64,000 nucleotides of DNA from Paracoccus sp. (in: a-proteobacteria) (GCF_047973135.1 NZ_JBKEBL010000027.1:10071-74070); one strand, 5' to 3'; counted from the first letter of the stretch, positions 30,836 through 40,738 are shown. The notes: generated from the letters alone by a model not told the origin. A program made the numbers and translations.

Positions 30836-31716
30836 CCCGGCCCCTGACGCTTGATGTGCAAAGCCTCAGCATCGCGCTGCCCAACGGCCAGCGGCTGCTG
30901 CGCGATGTATCGCTGACGCTTGAGCCGGGCGAGGTGCGCGCGCTGGTCGGAGAAAGCGGCGCGGGCAAGTCGATGATCGGCAAGGCGGTGCTGGGTATTC
31001 TGCCCCCGGCGTTGCGCGTCACCGGCGGTCGCATCCTGCTTGAGGACCGCGACCTTGGTGCGCTGACGCCCGCTGCCCGCCGTGCCGCGATTGCCGCGCA
31101 GGCAGCGCTGATCCCGCAGGATCCGCTGACCGCGCTGAACCCGGTGCGCCGCATCCAGCCGCAGATCACCGACCCGCTGGTCCGCATCCATGGCTGGAGC
31201 CGCGACCGCGCGCGGGCCCGCGCGAACGAATTGCTGGAACTGGTGCATATCCGTGACCCCCGCCGTGTTCTTGCCAGCTATCCGCATGAATTGTCGGGTG
31301 GTATGCGGCAACGGATCCTGATCGCCTCGGCCTTCGCGCCCTCGCCCCGGCTGATTGTCGCGGACGAGCCGACAACCGCGCTGGATGTGACCGTGCAGAA
31401 ACAGATCCTGCGGCTGATCCGGGAATTGCAGCGCGATACCGGGGCCTCGGTCCTGTTCGTGACGCATGACATGGGCGTTGTCGCCAAGATCAGCCAGAAG
31501 GTCACGGTGCTGTTTGCCGGAAAGGTGATGGAAGACAGCCCCACCAGCCGGATTTTCGCCGATCCCCGCCATCCCTATACCCGCGCGCTGATCGACGTCA
31601 CGCCCAGTCACGCGGATGCAAGCCATCCGTTCACCCCCGTCCCGCCCGCGCTGATCGCCGGTCTGCACCGCCAGATCGCCGAAGAGGACAGCCGCCACGC
31701 AGGGCCGCGCCGATGA
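30832..31716 (+). CDS. ABC ATP-binding protein (DppD-like)
   Basis: GESGAGKS, LSGGMRQR, ADEPT. Confidence 0.93.
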   Translation: MTRPLTLDVQSLSIALPNGQRLLRDVSLTLEPGEVRALVGESGAGKSMIGKAVLGILPPALRVTGGRILLEDRDLGALTPAARRAAIAAQAALIPQDPLTALNPVRRIQPQITDPLVRIHGWSRDRARARANELLELVHIRDPRRVLASYPHELSGGMRQRILIASAFAPSPRLIVADEPTTALDVTVQKQILRLIRELQRDTGASVLFVTHDMGVVAKISQKVTVLFAGKVMEDSPTSRIFADPRHPYTRALIDVTPSHADASHPFTPVPPALIAGLHRQIAEEDSRHAGPRR

Positions 31717-32522
31717 CCGAACCACTGTTTTCCGTGCGCGACCTGCGCCTTTCCTTTCCCGACATGGCGCATAAGCCGCTGTTCGGCGCGGCCCCGCGTG
31801 TCGAGGTTCTGAAAGGCATTTCCTTCGACATCCCCAGAGGCCGGATCACCGGCGTCGTGGGCGAAAGCGGTTCGGGAAAATCGACGGCGGGGCGGGTGCT
31901 GGTGCGCCTGCTGCGGCCGGATTCAGGGCAGGTGATCCTTGACGGCCGCGACATCGCCCATCTGGACGAGGATAGTCTGCGCCCGCTGCGCAGTGATTTG
32001 CAGATGATCTTTCAGGATCCCATGTCCTCGCTGAACCCGCGCCACCGGGTCTGGCGGCTGATCGCCGCGCCGTTGAAACGTTATGGCCGGGGCGGCACAC
32101 GTGAACAGGCGGTCGGGATGCTGGTCAAGGTCGGGCTGCCGCCGGAATTTGCCGATCGCTATCCGCATCAGCTTTCGGGCGGCCAGCGTCAGCGCGTCGG
32201 TATCGCGCGGGCCATCGCATTGCAGCCGCGCTTTATCCTGGCGGATGAGATCGTGTCGGGGCTGGACGTCTCCAGTCAGGCGCAGGTTCTGGCCCTGCTG
32301 CGCGATCTGGCCCGCGACATGGGGCTGACCGTCGCCTTTATCAGCCACGACCTGTCGGTGATCAGGCTGCTATGCGATCATGTGATCGTGCTGAACCATG
32401 GCGAGATCGTGGATCAGGGGCCGGTCGAACAGGTTTTCGACCGGCCTGAATCCAAGGTCACGAGACAGCTTCTGTCGGCGATTCCCGTGCCGGAACCGGA
32501 TGATGGCTGGTTCGACGATTAG
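31713..32522 (+). CDS. ABC ATP-binding protein (DppF-like)
   Basis: GESGSGKS, LSGGQRQR, ADE; stop overlaps the stop of the convergent amidohydrolase. Confidence 0.93.
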   Translation: MTEPLFSVRDLRLSFPDMAHKPLFGAAPRVEVLKGISFDIPRGRITGVVGESGSGKSTAGRVLVRLLRPDSGQVILDGRDIAHLDEDSLRPLRSDLQMIFQDPMSSLNPRHRVWRLIAAPLKRYGRGGTREQAVGMLVKVGLPPEFADRYPHQLSGGQRQRVGIARAIALQPRFILADEIVSGLDVSSQAQVLALLRDLARDMGLTVAFISHDLSVIRLLCDHVIVLNHGEIVDQGPVEQVFDRPESKVTRQLLSAIPVPEPDDGWFDD

Positions 32523-34162
32523 GACAGGGCGCCATGGACCACGCGGCCCTCGAACAGGGTCGCGTCCGGCGTGATTGCGCCGATCTCTTCGGGTGTCATG
32601 TCCTCAAGCGGGCGCTCCAGCACGACCATATCCGCCGAAAAGCCGGGCTTCAGCCGACCGATGCGGTCTTGCAGATTCATCGTGCGGGCACCGTTCACGG
32701 TAAAGATCGTCAGCGCCTGTTCCAGCGTGATCGCCTGATCCGCGCCGACCGTTCCGGGGAAACGGCCGGTCGGGTCGCGGCGGCTGATCATTCCGGCAAG
32801 CCCGGTCCAGGGGTTCGCGTCCGGCGCTGCGGCGGGCCAGTCCGAGCCATAGGACACCTCGGCCCCGGCGCGCAGCAGATCGCCGATCCGGTGGCACAGA
32901 TCGGCCCGTTCCTCACCCAGTGCCGCCTGTTGCCCTGCGGTCACGGGGTTCGGGAACCAGATTTTCGGCGAGACCTCGGCCACGGCATCCAGTTCGGCAA
33001 AGCGGGCGATGTCCTGATCGCGGATATAGGGGCAATGGGCCAGCTCGTGCCGCAGGCCGGACGGGCCGTTGGCCTTGCGCGCCGCCTCGATCCCGTCCAG
33101 TCCGGCCTGCACGGCGCGGTCGCCCACGGCATGCATCTTGACCGTGAACCCGGCTGCATCCAGTGCCGTCACCTCGGCGGCCACGACATCGGGCTTGAGG
33201 ATCAGCATGGCCTGCGGGTCATGCGCGGCGGGATCGGCCCCCAGATAGGCCCCGACAAATGCCGCCGTCCGGCTGGGGGCGACGCCGTCCAGAAACAGCT
33301 TGGCAAAATCCGTCGAGATATGCGGCCTTGCATAACGTTTCCGCCAGTCTTGCAGGGTTTCGATCGGGGTCATGCTGGCGTCAACCGGAGATTGCCGGGT
33401 CAGATGCGCGGCGACATGGACGGTCAGCGTGCCTGCATCCTCGGCCTCGGCATAGCCTTCCAGTTCGGCTTCGAAGGCCATCGGTTCCTTGAAGGCGGTG
33501 ATGCCGTGGCTGTTGAACGTCTTGATCATGTGTTGCACCGCGCGCGCGCGTTCCGACGGCGGCGGCAGGATCTGCGTTGCCACCAGCGACATGGCGTTTT
33601 CACGCAGGATGCCGGTGGGGTTGCCTTGCGCGTCGCGTTCGATCTCGCCCCCCGGAATATCGGCGGTCGAGGCGTCGATCCCGGCGTCGCGCATCGCGGC
33701 CGAGTTCAGCCACAGCGAATGCTGGGTAATGTCCTTGATCGCGACCGGAGTTTCCGGCGCGATCCGGTCGATGATATCCGCCGGACGCGACCCCATTTCG
33801 GGGCGCATATGCGTTTTCCACGGGCCCGCGATGATCCAGTGTCCTGGCTTGGTCTGCGGCACCCGCGCCGCGACGGCGGCCAGCATTTCGTCGTGACCGG
33901 AGGCGAGGCCGGTGAACACCTCGACCAGATCCCGCGTGGCCCCCCACAACCCATGCGTATGCGAATCGATCAGGCCGGGAATGACCGCCCGTCCGCCAAG
34001 GTCGTGGGTCCGGGTGTCGGGCCCGGCCAGCGAATCGACTTCTGCGGCGGTGCCAACCGCCACGATCACGCCCCCGGCGACGGCAATCGCTTCGGCAAAG
34101 GGTGTGTCGGGATCCATGGTTCGGATGCGGGCATTCGTCAGGATCAGATCGGGTTGGGTCAT
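32519..34162 (-). CDS. Amidohydrolase-3 family (YtcJ/NfdA-like) metal-dependent hydrolase
   Basis: PGLIDSHTH, KLFLDG, HAVGD, RHELAH, GSDWP. Confidence 0.9.
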   Translation of the reverse strand: MTQPDLILTNARIRTMDPDTPFAEAIAVAGGVIVAVGTAAEVDSLAGPDTRTHDLGGRAVIPGLIDSHTHGLWGATRDLVEVFTGLASGHDEMLAAVAARVPQTKPGHWIIAGPWKTHMRPEMGSRPADIIDRIAPETPVAIKDITQHSLWLNSAAMRDAGIDASTADIPGGEIERDAQGNPTGILRENAMSLVATQILPPPSERARAVQHMIKTFNSHGITAFKEPMAFEAELEGYAEAEDAGTLTVHVAAHLTRQSPVDASMTPIETLQDWRKRYARPHISTDFAKLFLDGVAPSRTAAFVGAYLGADPAAHDPQAMLILKPDVVAAEVTALDAAGFTVKMHAVGDRAVQAGLDGIEAARKANGPSGLRHELAHCPYIRDQDIARFAELDAVAEVSPKIWFPNPVTAGQQAALGEERADLCHRIGDLLRAGAEVSYGSDWPAAAPDANPWTGLAGMISRRDPTGRFPGTVGADQAITLEQALTIFTVNGARTMNLQDRIGRLKPGFSADMVVLERPLEDMTPEEIGAITPDATLFEGRVVHGALS

Positions 34163-34662
34163 TCTTGGGTCTCCTCCAGGGCACTCGGTGTTTCAGGCAA
34201 GGGCAGGTCGGGCAGGGTCTCGCAAAGCTCGGTCAGGGCGTGCAGATGGTTCAGCAGTTCCAGCAGGCGTTCGCGGCCAAAGGCGTTTTCGATGTCACGG
34301 TAAACGGCTTCGGACAGCAGGGCGACCTTGTCGAACAGTGCGCGGCCTTCTGATGTCAGGCTCAGGCGCTGGCTTCGGCCATCCGGGGCGTCGTGCCGCT
34401 GGATCAGCCCGCGATCCAGAAGGACGCGAACGATCCGCGACACAGAGGGCGGCAACAGCGCGCAACGCAGTGCCAGCGTGCGCGAATCCAGCGGCGTGCC
34501 GGGGGCCAGCGCGCGCATGATCCGCCATTGCGGCTGGGTCAGGCCGGCGGCGTCCGTGTGTGGCTTGAACTTGTGGGCTGTCGCCGAACGCGCGCGCAGC
34601 AGCGCGATGGGTAAGGCGGCCTCGAATCCGCGGATCGCTGTCGGCTGGTTTTTGTCGGTCAT
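34159..34662 (-). CDS. MarR family regulator, HpaR-like
   Basis: ALPIALLRAR...GLTQPQWRIMRAL...LLPPSVSRI; start at MTDKNQ. Confidence 0.85.
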   Translation of the reverse strand: MTDKNQPTAIRGFEAALPIALLRARSATAHKFKPHTDAAGLTQPQWRIMRALAPGTPLDSRTLALRCALLPPSVSRIVRVLLDRGLIQRHDAPDGRSQRLSLTSEGRALFDKVALLSEAVYRDIENAFGRERLLELLNHLHALTELCETLPDLPLPETPSALEETQE

Positions 34663-34723
34663 GCGATCCTCTTGCGGACGGCCTGGGTTCTTTTCGCGGC
34701 AACCGATCAAGGCGCTTGACGAA

Positions 34724-34752
34724 TTAACGTGTTAATAGTTAACCTATTAACT
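34724..34752. promoter_or_regulatory. Tandem TTAA-N4-TTAA operators in the divergent MarR/dctP promoter
   Basis: TTAAcgtgTTAA (34724-34735) and AGTTAAcctaTTAACT (34737-34752), just after TTGACG at 34716. Confidence 0.6.
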
Positions 34753-34804
34753 TATAACTTGGCAAGTGGCGGTTAGGGGCCACGACAAGATTGGGGGAGA
34801 GAAC

Positions 34805-35827
34805 ATGAATTACCTTCGCGGATTGGCCATGTCTGCGTTTCTGGCATTGCCTGTTGGTGCCTCGGCGGAAACCACGATCCTGTTCAACAATTTCATCGGG
34901 CCGAACGACACGTTGTATACGCAAGTCATCAGGCCCTGGCTGGACGAGATCGAAACCGTCACCGAAGGCCGCGTGAATTTCGAAATCCCCGAGGCGTCGC
35001 TGGCTCCGCCGCCAGAGTTGCTGACCATGGTGCAGCAGGGCATCGCCGATGGCGGTTATATCATGACGGGTTTTCTGGAGGGGTCGAATCCGTTGTTGCA
35101 GATCGCGATGCTGCCTGGCCTGAACGCCAGCGCGGAATCGGCCTCGGTCGCCTATTGGCGCACCTATCAAGAGTATTTCACCGAAGCTGATAAGCTTGAG
35201 GGGGTGGAACTTCTGGGCCTGCTGTCAGTGCCGACGGGCAGCTTTTATTCGATGACCAACCGCAGTTTCACCAGTATCTCGGATTTCAAGGGGGCGAAAT
35301 TCTGGAGCCTGCCCGGATATTCCGCCCGCGCGCTGTCCGAACTGGGTGCGGTCGTTTCGCCCGGTCCGGCCGTGCGCATGTACGAGGTAATCTCGGGCGG
35401 GGTGGTCGATGCCTATTGCTGCATCAACTATCCCTCGGTCGAGAATTTCAACGTCAAGCAATTCACCAAATCCGTGACCGAGATGCCCAACGGCCTGTAC
35501 GCACCGGCCTTTGCCTTTTATGTCAGCAGCGACATCTGGGGCACCATCTCGCCCGAGGATCAGGAGGCGATCCACAAGGTTTCAGGCGAGGCGCTGGCGC
35601 GACGCATGTCCGAATCGGATGCGCTGATGGCCGAAGCCCGCGACCGGATCGAGGCTGACGGCGTCACCGTCACCCCGGCATCCGACGAGATGCTGACCCA
35701 GCTATACGAGGCATGGCAACCCATCTATCAAACCTGGACCGATGCGGCAGATACTGCGGGCGTCGATGGCAAGGCCGCGCTTGATTTCTATCGGGAACAG
35801 GTGGCCCAGGTGGCCGCCGGCAACTGA
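34805..35827 (+). CDS. dctP: TRAP transporter substrate-binding protein
   Basis: Signal peptide, TEGRVNFEI, VQQGIADG, YEVISGGVVD; followed by dctQM. Confidence 0.88.
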   Translation: MNYLRGLAMSAFLALPVGASAETTILFNNFIGPNDTLYTQVIRPWLDEIETVTEGRVNFEIPEASLAPPPELLTMVQQGIADGGYIMTGFLEGSNPLLQIAMLPGLNASAESASVAYWRTYQEYFTEADKLEGVELLGLLSVPTGSFYSMTNRSFTSISDFKGAKFWSLPGYSARALSELGAVVSPGPAVRMYEVISGGVVDAYCCINYPSVENFNVKQFTKSVTEMPNGLYAPAFAFYVSSDIWGTISPEDQEAIHKVSGEALARRMSESDALMAEARDRIEADGVTVTPASDEMLTQLYEAWQPIYQTWTDAADTAGVDGKAALDFYREQVAQVAAGN

Positions 35828-35839
35828 GGCGATCCGGCA

Positions 35840-36349
35840 ATGATCGGACGTATCTGGTTTGGGGTCGAAAAACTGCTTGAGGCGGTCATGGCCCTGTTTC
35901 TGCTGGCCATGGCCATCATCACCGCTATCGACGTCGTGGGGCGCTATTTCCTGAGCGCCCCGCTGCATGGCGGCTATGAAATGGTGCAGTACCTGATGGC
36001 GCTGTCCGTGTTCGCCGCGTTGCCTCTGGCGACGCGCGCCGATGCGCATCTGACCATCGACCTGTTCACCGGCAGGCTGCGTGGCCGCCCGCGCAAGGTG
36101 CATCGCGTCATTGTCCTGATCCTTTCCACCATCGTGCTGGCCTTTCTGGCATGGCGCATGGGGATTCAGGCGGGGCATCTGCAAAAGGGCCGCGCGCTGT
36201 CGGGATCGCTGGGGATGCCACTGGCACCGATCGCCTGGATCATGACGGTTCTGGCATGGCTGGCGGTCGCGGCCTCGGTGTCGCTGATCGTGCAGGCCGT
36301 AACCGGGCGCGAGGTCGCGCCATCACATCATGGTGAGGAAATCGGATGA
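35840..36349 (+). CDS. dctQ: TRAP small permease
   Basis: 4 TM segments, DVVGRYFLSAPL, HLTIDL. Confidence 0.9.
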   Translation: MIGRIWFGVEKLLEAVMALFLLAMAIITAIDVVGRYFLSAPLHGGYEMVQYLMALSVFAALPLATRADAHLTIDLFTGRLRGRPRKVHRVIVLILSTIVLAFLAWRMGIQAGHLQKGRALSGSLGMPLAPIAWIMTVLAWLAVAASVSLIVQAVTGREVAPSHHGEEIG

Positions 36350-37704
36350 CCCTGTCCCTGATCGGTTTTGCCGTCCTTCTGGCGATGGCCTTTCTTGGCG
36401 TGCCGCTTGGCCTGTCGCTGATCGCGGTCGGGGTCATCGGCTTTGCCTGGGCCCGCGCAGATATGGTCAATCAGGCCCTGTTCTCGTGGGGCGATGCCGG
36501 GTTCGAGATCAACGCCCGCGCCTTCAATGCTGCCTATGCCATGGCCGGGCAGCAGATGTTCGATGTGGCCACATCCTATGCGCTGACAGTGATTCCGCTG
36601 TTCGTGCTGATGGGAGCCTTTATCCATCGCAGCCAGCTTAGTCAGGATCTGTATGACGCGGCCAATGCGTTTCTGGGTCACAGGCGTGGCGGGCTGGCGA
36701 TGGGCACCATCGCAGCCTGCGCGGGCTTTGCGGCGGTTTGCGGATCGTCCATCGCGACGGCGGCGACGGTGTCGCGGGTGGCAATGCCCTCGATGCGGCG
36801 CTTTGGTTATGACGACGCGCTTTCCACCGGCTCTATCGCGGCGGGCGGCACGCTGGGGATCCTGATCCCGCCATCCGTGCCGATGGTGCTGTATGGCCTG
36901 CTGTCGGAAACCGACATCGCCAAGCTGTTCATCGCCGGTATCCTGCCGGGGCTGCTGCTGACGATGCTGTTCTTCCTGGCCATCGGCGTGACGACCATGC
37001 GCAACCCCGCTGCCGGCCCGCGTGCCGACAAGGTGCCGTGGCGCGCGCGAATGGGCCTTCTGGCCCGCGTCTGGGGGATCGTGGTCATCTTTGTCGTGAT
37101 TATCGGCGGCATCTATCTGGGCATCTTTACCGCGACCGAGGCGGCGGGGATCGGCGTTGTAACGGCAGCGCTGTTTGCCGTGATGCGCGGCCGGCTGACC
37201 CCCCGGAGCCTGTGGGAAAGTCTGGTCGAGACCGGCATCACCACCGGCATGATCTTTGTCGTGGCCATCGGCGCACTGATCTTTTCGAATTTCGTGAACC
37301 TTGCGGGCTTCACGCGCGAAATGAGCGCGATCCTGACCGGGCTGGAAATCTCGGGCACCCAGATCGTGCTGTGCATCGTGGTGATGTATCTGCTGATGGG
37401 CTGCGTCTTCGACAGTCTGGCGATGCTGACCCTGACCGTGCCGGTCATCGCTGCGATCCTGAAACCGATGGGTGTGGACATGATCTGGTTCGGCATCGTC
37501 GCGGTGATCGCGGTCGAACTGGGCCTGATCACGCCACCGGTGGGGATCAACGTCTTTGTGGTGAAGGCCGCGACCGAAGATGTCAGCATCTGGACCATCT
37601 TCCGCGGCGTCGCGCCCTTCGTGGTGGCCATGCTGGCGCTGCTGGTGGCTGTGCTGATCTTCCCGCAGATCGCGACCCTGCTGCCCGCGCTGATGGGCCG
37701 ATGA
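36346..37704 (+). CDS. dctM: TRAP large permease
   Basis: IPLFVLMG, GSSIATAA, GGTLGILIPPS, ITPPVG. Confidence 0.93.
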   Translation: MTLSLIGFAVLLAMAFLGVPLGLSLIAVGVIGFAWARADMVNQALFSWGDAGFEINARAFNAAYAMAGQQMFDVATSYALTVIPLFVLMGAFIHRSQLSQDLYDAANAFLGHRRGGLAMGTIAACAGFAAVCGSSIATAATVSRVAMPSMRRFGYDDALSTGSIAAGGTLGILIPPSVPMVLYGLLSETDIAKLFIAGILPGLLLTMLFFLAIGVTTMRNPAAGPRADKVPWRARMGLLARVWGIVVIFVVIIGGIYLGIFTATEAAGIGVVTAALFAVMRGRLTPRSLWESLVETGITTGMIFVVAIGALIFSNFVNLAGFTREMSAILTGLEISGTQIVLCIVVMYLLMGCVFDSLAMLTLTVPVIAAILKPMGVDMIWFGIVAVIAVELGLITPPVGINVFVVKAATEDVSIWTIFRGVAPFVVAMLALLVAVLIFPQIATLLPALMGR

Positions 37705-37834
37705 CATCGCGACGGGCCGCGCTGGGGATTGGCGCGGCCCGTTTGCGCGGGGCAACCGGTCGCGGATTTGGCGGAATATCCGTCGATGGGAGGCTGTCCC
37801 ATGAAAGGTCACGAAAAAAGCCCAAGAAAATCGC

Positions 37835-37863
37835 TTGACGCCCCCCGCGCCACCACGTAAATC
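37835..37863 (+). promoter_or_regulatory. Sigma70-type promoter of tRNA-Met
   Basis: TTGACG-17 bp-TAAATC, 13 bp before the tRNA. Confidence 0.6.
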
Positions 37864-37876
37864 GCCCACACTCTCT

Positions 37877-37953
37877 GGCGGAGTAGCTCAGTTGGTTAGA
37901 GCAGAGGACTCATAATCCTTGTGTCGGGGGTTCAAATCCCTCCTCCGCTACCA
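37877..37953 (+). tRNA. tRNA-Met (CAT), elongator-type
   Basis: Cloverleaf: GGCGGAG/CTCCGCT acceptor stem, GAGGA-CTCATAA-TCCTT anticodon arm, GGTTCAAATCC T-arm, encoded CCA; lacks the initiator GGG/CCC stem. Confidence 0.93.
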
Positions 37954-38085
37954 ATCCCCCCCCTGTCGATGATCGCGACCGGCCCAAGGCCAGGGGCGCG
38001 GTGAAAACCGGGTTCCGGCCTGATATGGCTGCGGCGCAGGCAAACCCTGTGCCGGGTTCTGCCTGCGATCATGCGGAATCGGGGA

Positions 38086-38913
38086 TCAGTCGCGGGGGGC
38101 CTTCCATGTGTCGATGGCCTCGACCGCCTCATCTGCGGTCTCGACATATCGGAACAGGTCCAGATCGCTGTCACTGATGGTTCCGGCCAGCGCCAGAGCC
38201 TCCCAGTCGATCACCTTGTCCCAGAAGTCGCGTCCGAACAGCAGGATCGGGATTCGGGTCATGCGTCCGGTCTGCACAAGGGTAAGGGTCTCGAACAGTT
38301 CGTCCAAGGTGCCAAGGCCACCCGGAAAGATCGTCACGGCCCGCGCCCGCATCAGGAAATGCATCTTGCGGATCGCGAAATAGTGGAAATTGAAGCACAG
38401 ATCCGGCGTCACATAGGCGTTTGGTGCCTGTTCATGTTCCAGCACGATTCCCAGACCGATGGATTGCCCGCCCGCCTGATCGGCACCCAGATTGCCCGCC
38501 TCCATCACGCCGGGGCCACCCCCTGTGCAGATGACATATTCGCGGCCATAGGTTTTCAGGCTGCGTTCCGTCATCAGAAAGGCAAAGCGCCGCGCCTCTT
38601 CGTAGTAATGCGACAATTCGGCCAGAACCGGTGTGCGTGCCTCGCTTGCCCGTTCCGGCGCAAGGATGCGCGCACCGCCGAACATCACCACCGTCGATTC
38701 GATCCCGCGTTCGTCCATCACAAGCTGCGGCTTCAGCAGCTCCAGTTGCAGCCGTACCGGGCGCAGTTCCGGGCGCAGCAGGAAATCGCGGTCCGTGAAG
38801 GCCAGGCGATAGGCCGGGGCGCGGGTCTGCGGGGTATCCGGGGACTGGTCGGCGCGCGTGGCGTCCTCGCCGCTATGGGGAAAGGAATAGGCGCGGTCGG
38901 TGGGGTCGGTCAT
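38086..38913 (-). CDS. LOG family protein (TIGR00730)
   Basis: [31 protein letters not shown]. Confidence 0.92.
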   Translation of the reverse strand: MTDPTDRAYSFPHSGEDATRADQSPDTPQTRAPAYRLAFTDRDFLLRPELRPVRLQLELLKPQLVMDERGIESTVVMFGGARILAPERASEARTPVLAELSHYYEEARRFAFLMTERSLKTYGREYVICTGGGPGVMEAGNLGADQAGGQSIGLGIVLEHEQAPNAYVTPDLCFNFHYFAIRKMHFLMRARAVTIFPGGLGTLDELFETLTLVQTGRMTRIPILLFGRDFWDKVIDWEALALAGTISDSDLDLFRYVETADEAVEAIDTWKAPRD

Positions 38914-39017
38914 GCGGGCCTCGGGTCTGGGCGCGGATTGCGCGGACTGCCCGTCAGGCTTATAGCGGCGTGACGACAGTTTCCACCCGGACCGCAACGA
39001 TTGAAAAAGAGGCCAGG

Positions 39018-39839
39018 ATGACCAAAGCTCTGGAACATGCCATCGAAACCGCGTGGGAGAACCGCGCCGACATCAGCAGCGCCACCAGAGGCGAGGTCCG
39101 CGAGGCCGTGGACGAGACGCTGAACCGCATGGATACCGGCGCGCTGCGCGTGGCCGAGCGGCGCGGCGCGGACTGGCATGTGAACCAATGGGCCAAAAAG
39201 GCCGTGCTGCTGTCCTTTCGCCTGAACGACATGGAGGAAATGCCGGGCGGACCGCAGGGCGGCAACTGGTGGGACAAGGTGCCCAGCAAATTCGTCGGCT
39301 GGGGCGACAATCAGTGGCGCGCGGCGGGGTTCCGCGCCGTGCCGGGTGCCATCGTCCGCCGCTCGGCCTATGTCGCGCCGGGGGCGGTGCTGATGCCGTC
39401 CTTCGTGAACCTCGGCGCGCATGTGGGCGAGGGCACGATGGTTGACACCTGGGCCACGGTCGGATCCTGCGCGCAGATCGGCAAGAATGTACACCTGTCG
39501 GGCGGTGTCGGCATCGGCGGCGTGCTGGAACCCTTGCAGGCCGGCCCGACGATCATCGAGGATGACTGCTTCATCGGCGCGCGCTCCGAGGTGGTCGAGG
39601 GCTGTATCATCCGCGAGGGCAGCGTGCTTGGCATGGGCGTGTTCATTGGGCAGTCCACAAAGATCGTGGACCGCGAAACCGGGCAGGTCATGTATGGCGA
39701 GGTTCCTGCGGGATCGGTGGTCGTGGCCGGTTCGATGCCGTCGAGAAACGGCGTCAGCCTGTATTGCGCGGTGATCGTCAAGCGCGTGGATGCGCAGACG
39801 CGGTCGAAAACCTCGATCAACGAGCTTTTGCGCGACTGA
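39018..39839 (+). CDS. dapD: Tetrahydrodipicolinate N-succinyltransferase
   Basis: [42 protein letters not shown]. Confidence 0.97.
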   Translation: MTKALEHAIETAWENRADISSATRGEVREAVDETLNRMDTGALRVAERRGADWHVNQWAKKAVLLSFRLNDMEEMPGGPQGGNWWDKVPSKFVGWGDNQWRAAGFRAVPGAIVRRSAYVAPGAVLMPSFVNLGAHVGEGTMVDTWATVGSCAQIGKNVHLSGGVGIGGVLEPLQAGPTIIEDDCFIGARSEVVEGCIIREGSVLGMGVFIGQSTKIVDRETGQVMYGEVPAGSVVVAGSMPSRNGVSLYCAVIVKRVDAQTRSKTSINELLRD

Positions 39840-39934
39840 TCTGCCGATCGGCAAGAAAATTCGCAGGACCAGCGTGAACCTTGGCCGGACCTGCGCGTTG
39901 CCATCTCACAAGGGAACAGGCAACGGAGTTTCGC

Positions 39935-40183
39935 ATGCAGGGTTTGGGATGGCTGGCCGCGATCATCGTCGGCGGCTTGGCGGGCTGGATCGCCAGCAGC
40001 ATCATGAAGGCCGATACCGGGATCATCCTGAACGTGATCCTGGGCATTATCGGTGCGGTGGTCGGCAATGCGCTGCTGGGTCTTGTCGGACTAAGCGCAC
40101 AGGCCGGCAGCTGGGTGGCGCAGGGCGTGGCGGGACTGTTCGGCGCGGTGGTGCTGATCTGGCTGTACCGGGCGGTGACCTGA
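39935..40183 (+). CDS. GlsB/YeaQ/YmgE (transglycosylase-associated) membrane protein
   Basis: IIVGGLAGWIAS...LGIIGAVVG...GAVVLI pattern. Confidence 0.88.
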   Translation: MQGLGWLAAIIVGGLAGWIASSIMKADTGIILNVILGIIGAVVGNALLGLVGLSAQAGSWVAQGVAGLFGAVVLIWLYRAVT

Positions 40184-40267
40184 CGGCACGGCCATGCGGA
40201 AAAGGCAATGGGGCGGGGCTTTCGCCCTTTTTCATTGTGCCGGACGGTGGAATTCGGACAGCGCTAT

Positions 40268-40738
40268 TCAGACGGTGAAATCGGCTTGTCGCGCAGACGT
40301 GATGCGGACCAGATCGGCCGGCGTAATTGCAAAGACATGGCGCGGCGTGCCGGCGGCGGCCCAGACCGTGTCGAATTCCATCAGCCGGGGGTCCACATAA
40401 GCCTCGATCCGGCGCAGATGCCCGATGGGGGCCACGCCGCCGATGGCAAAGCCGGTCTCGGCCCGGATCAGGTCGGCATCGGCCTTGCCAAGCGGTTGGC
40501 CCGCCACCGCGGTCGCCTTGGCGGGATCGACGCGATTGCCGCCTGCGGTCAGAAACAGCACGACATGGCCCGATACCTCGCCGCGAAAGATGATCGACTT
40601 GGCGATCTGGTCGATCTCGCAGCCGACTGCCGCCGCCGCGCCCTCTGCCGTGCGCGCGCTGTCGTCGGTTTCGCGAATTTCGATATTCAGGCCGGCGGCC
40701 TCAAGCGCGGCCTCGACGCGGTGCAAGCTCTTGCTCAT
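40268..40738 (-). CDS. YbaK/EbsC family aminoacyl-tRNA deacylase
   Basis: QIAKSIIF, TGFAIGGVAPIGH, WAAAGT; GGAGG RBS. Confidence 0.9.
   Translation of the reverse strand: MSKSLHRVEAALEAAGLNIEIRETDDSARTAEGAAAAVGCEIDQIAKSIIFRGEVSGHVVLFLTAGGNRVDPAKATAVAGQPLGKADADLIRAETGFAIGGVAPIGHLRRIEAYVDPRLMEFDTVWAAAGTPRHVFAITPADLVRITSARQADFTV

Noticed and set aside
34724..34750. CtrA binding site
   Set aside because: No TTAA pair has the TTAA-N7-TTAA spacing; the spacing is N4 or N3
37930..37953. att-site duplication of the tRNA-Met 3' end
   Set aside because: No second copy was spotted by eye in the window and no integrase is adjacent
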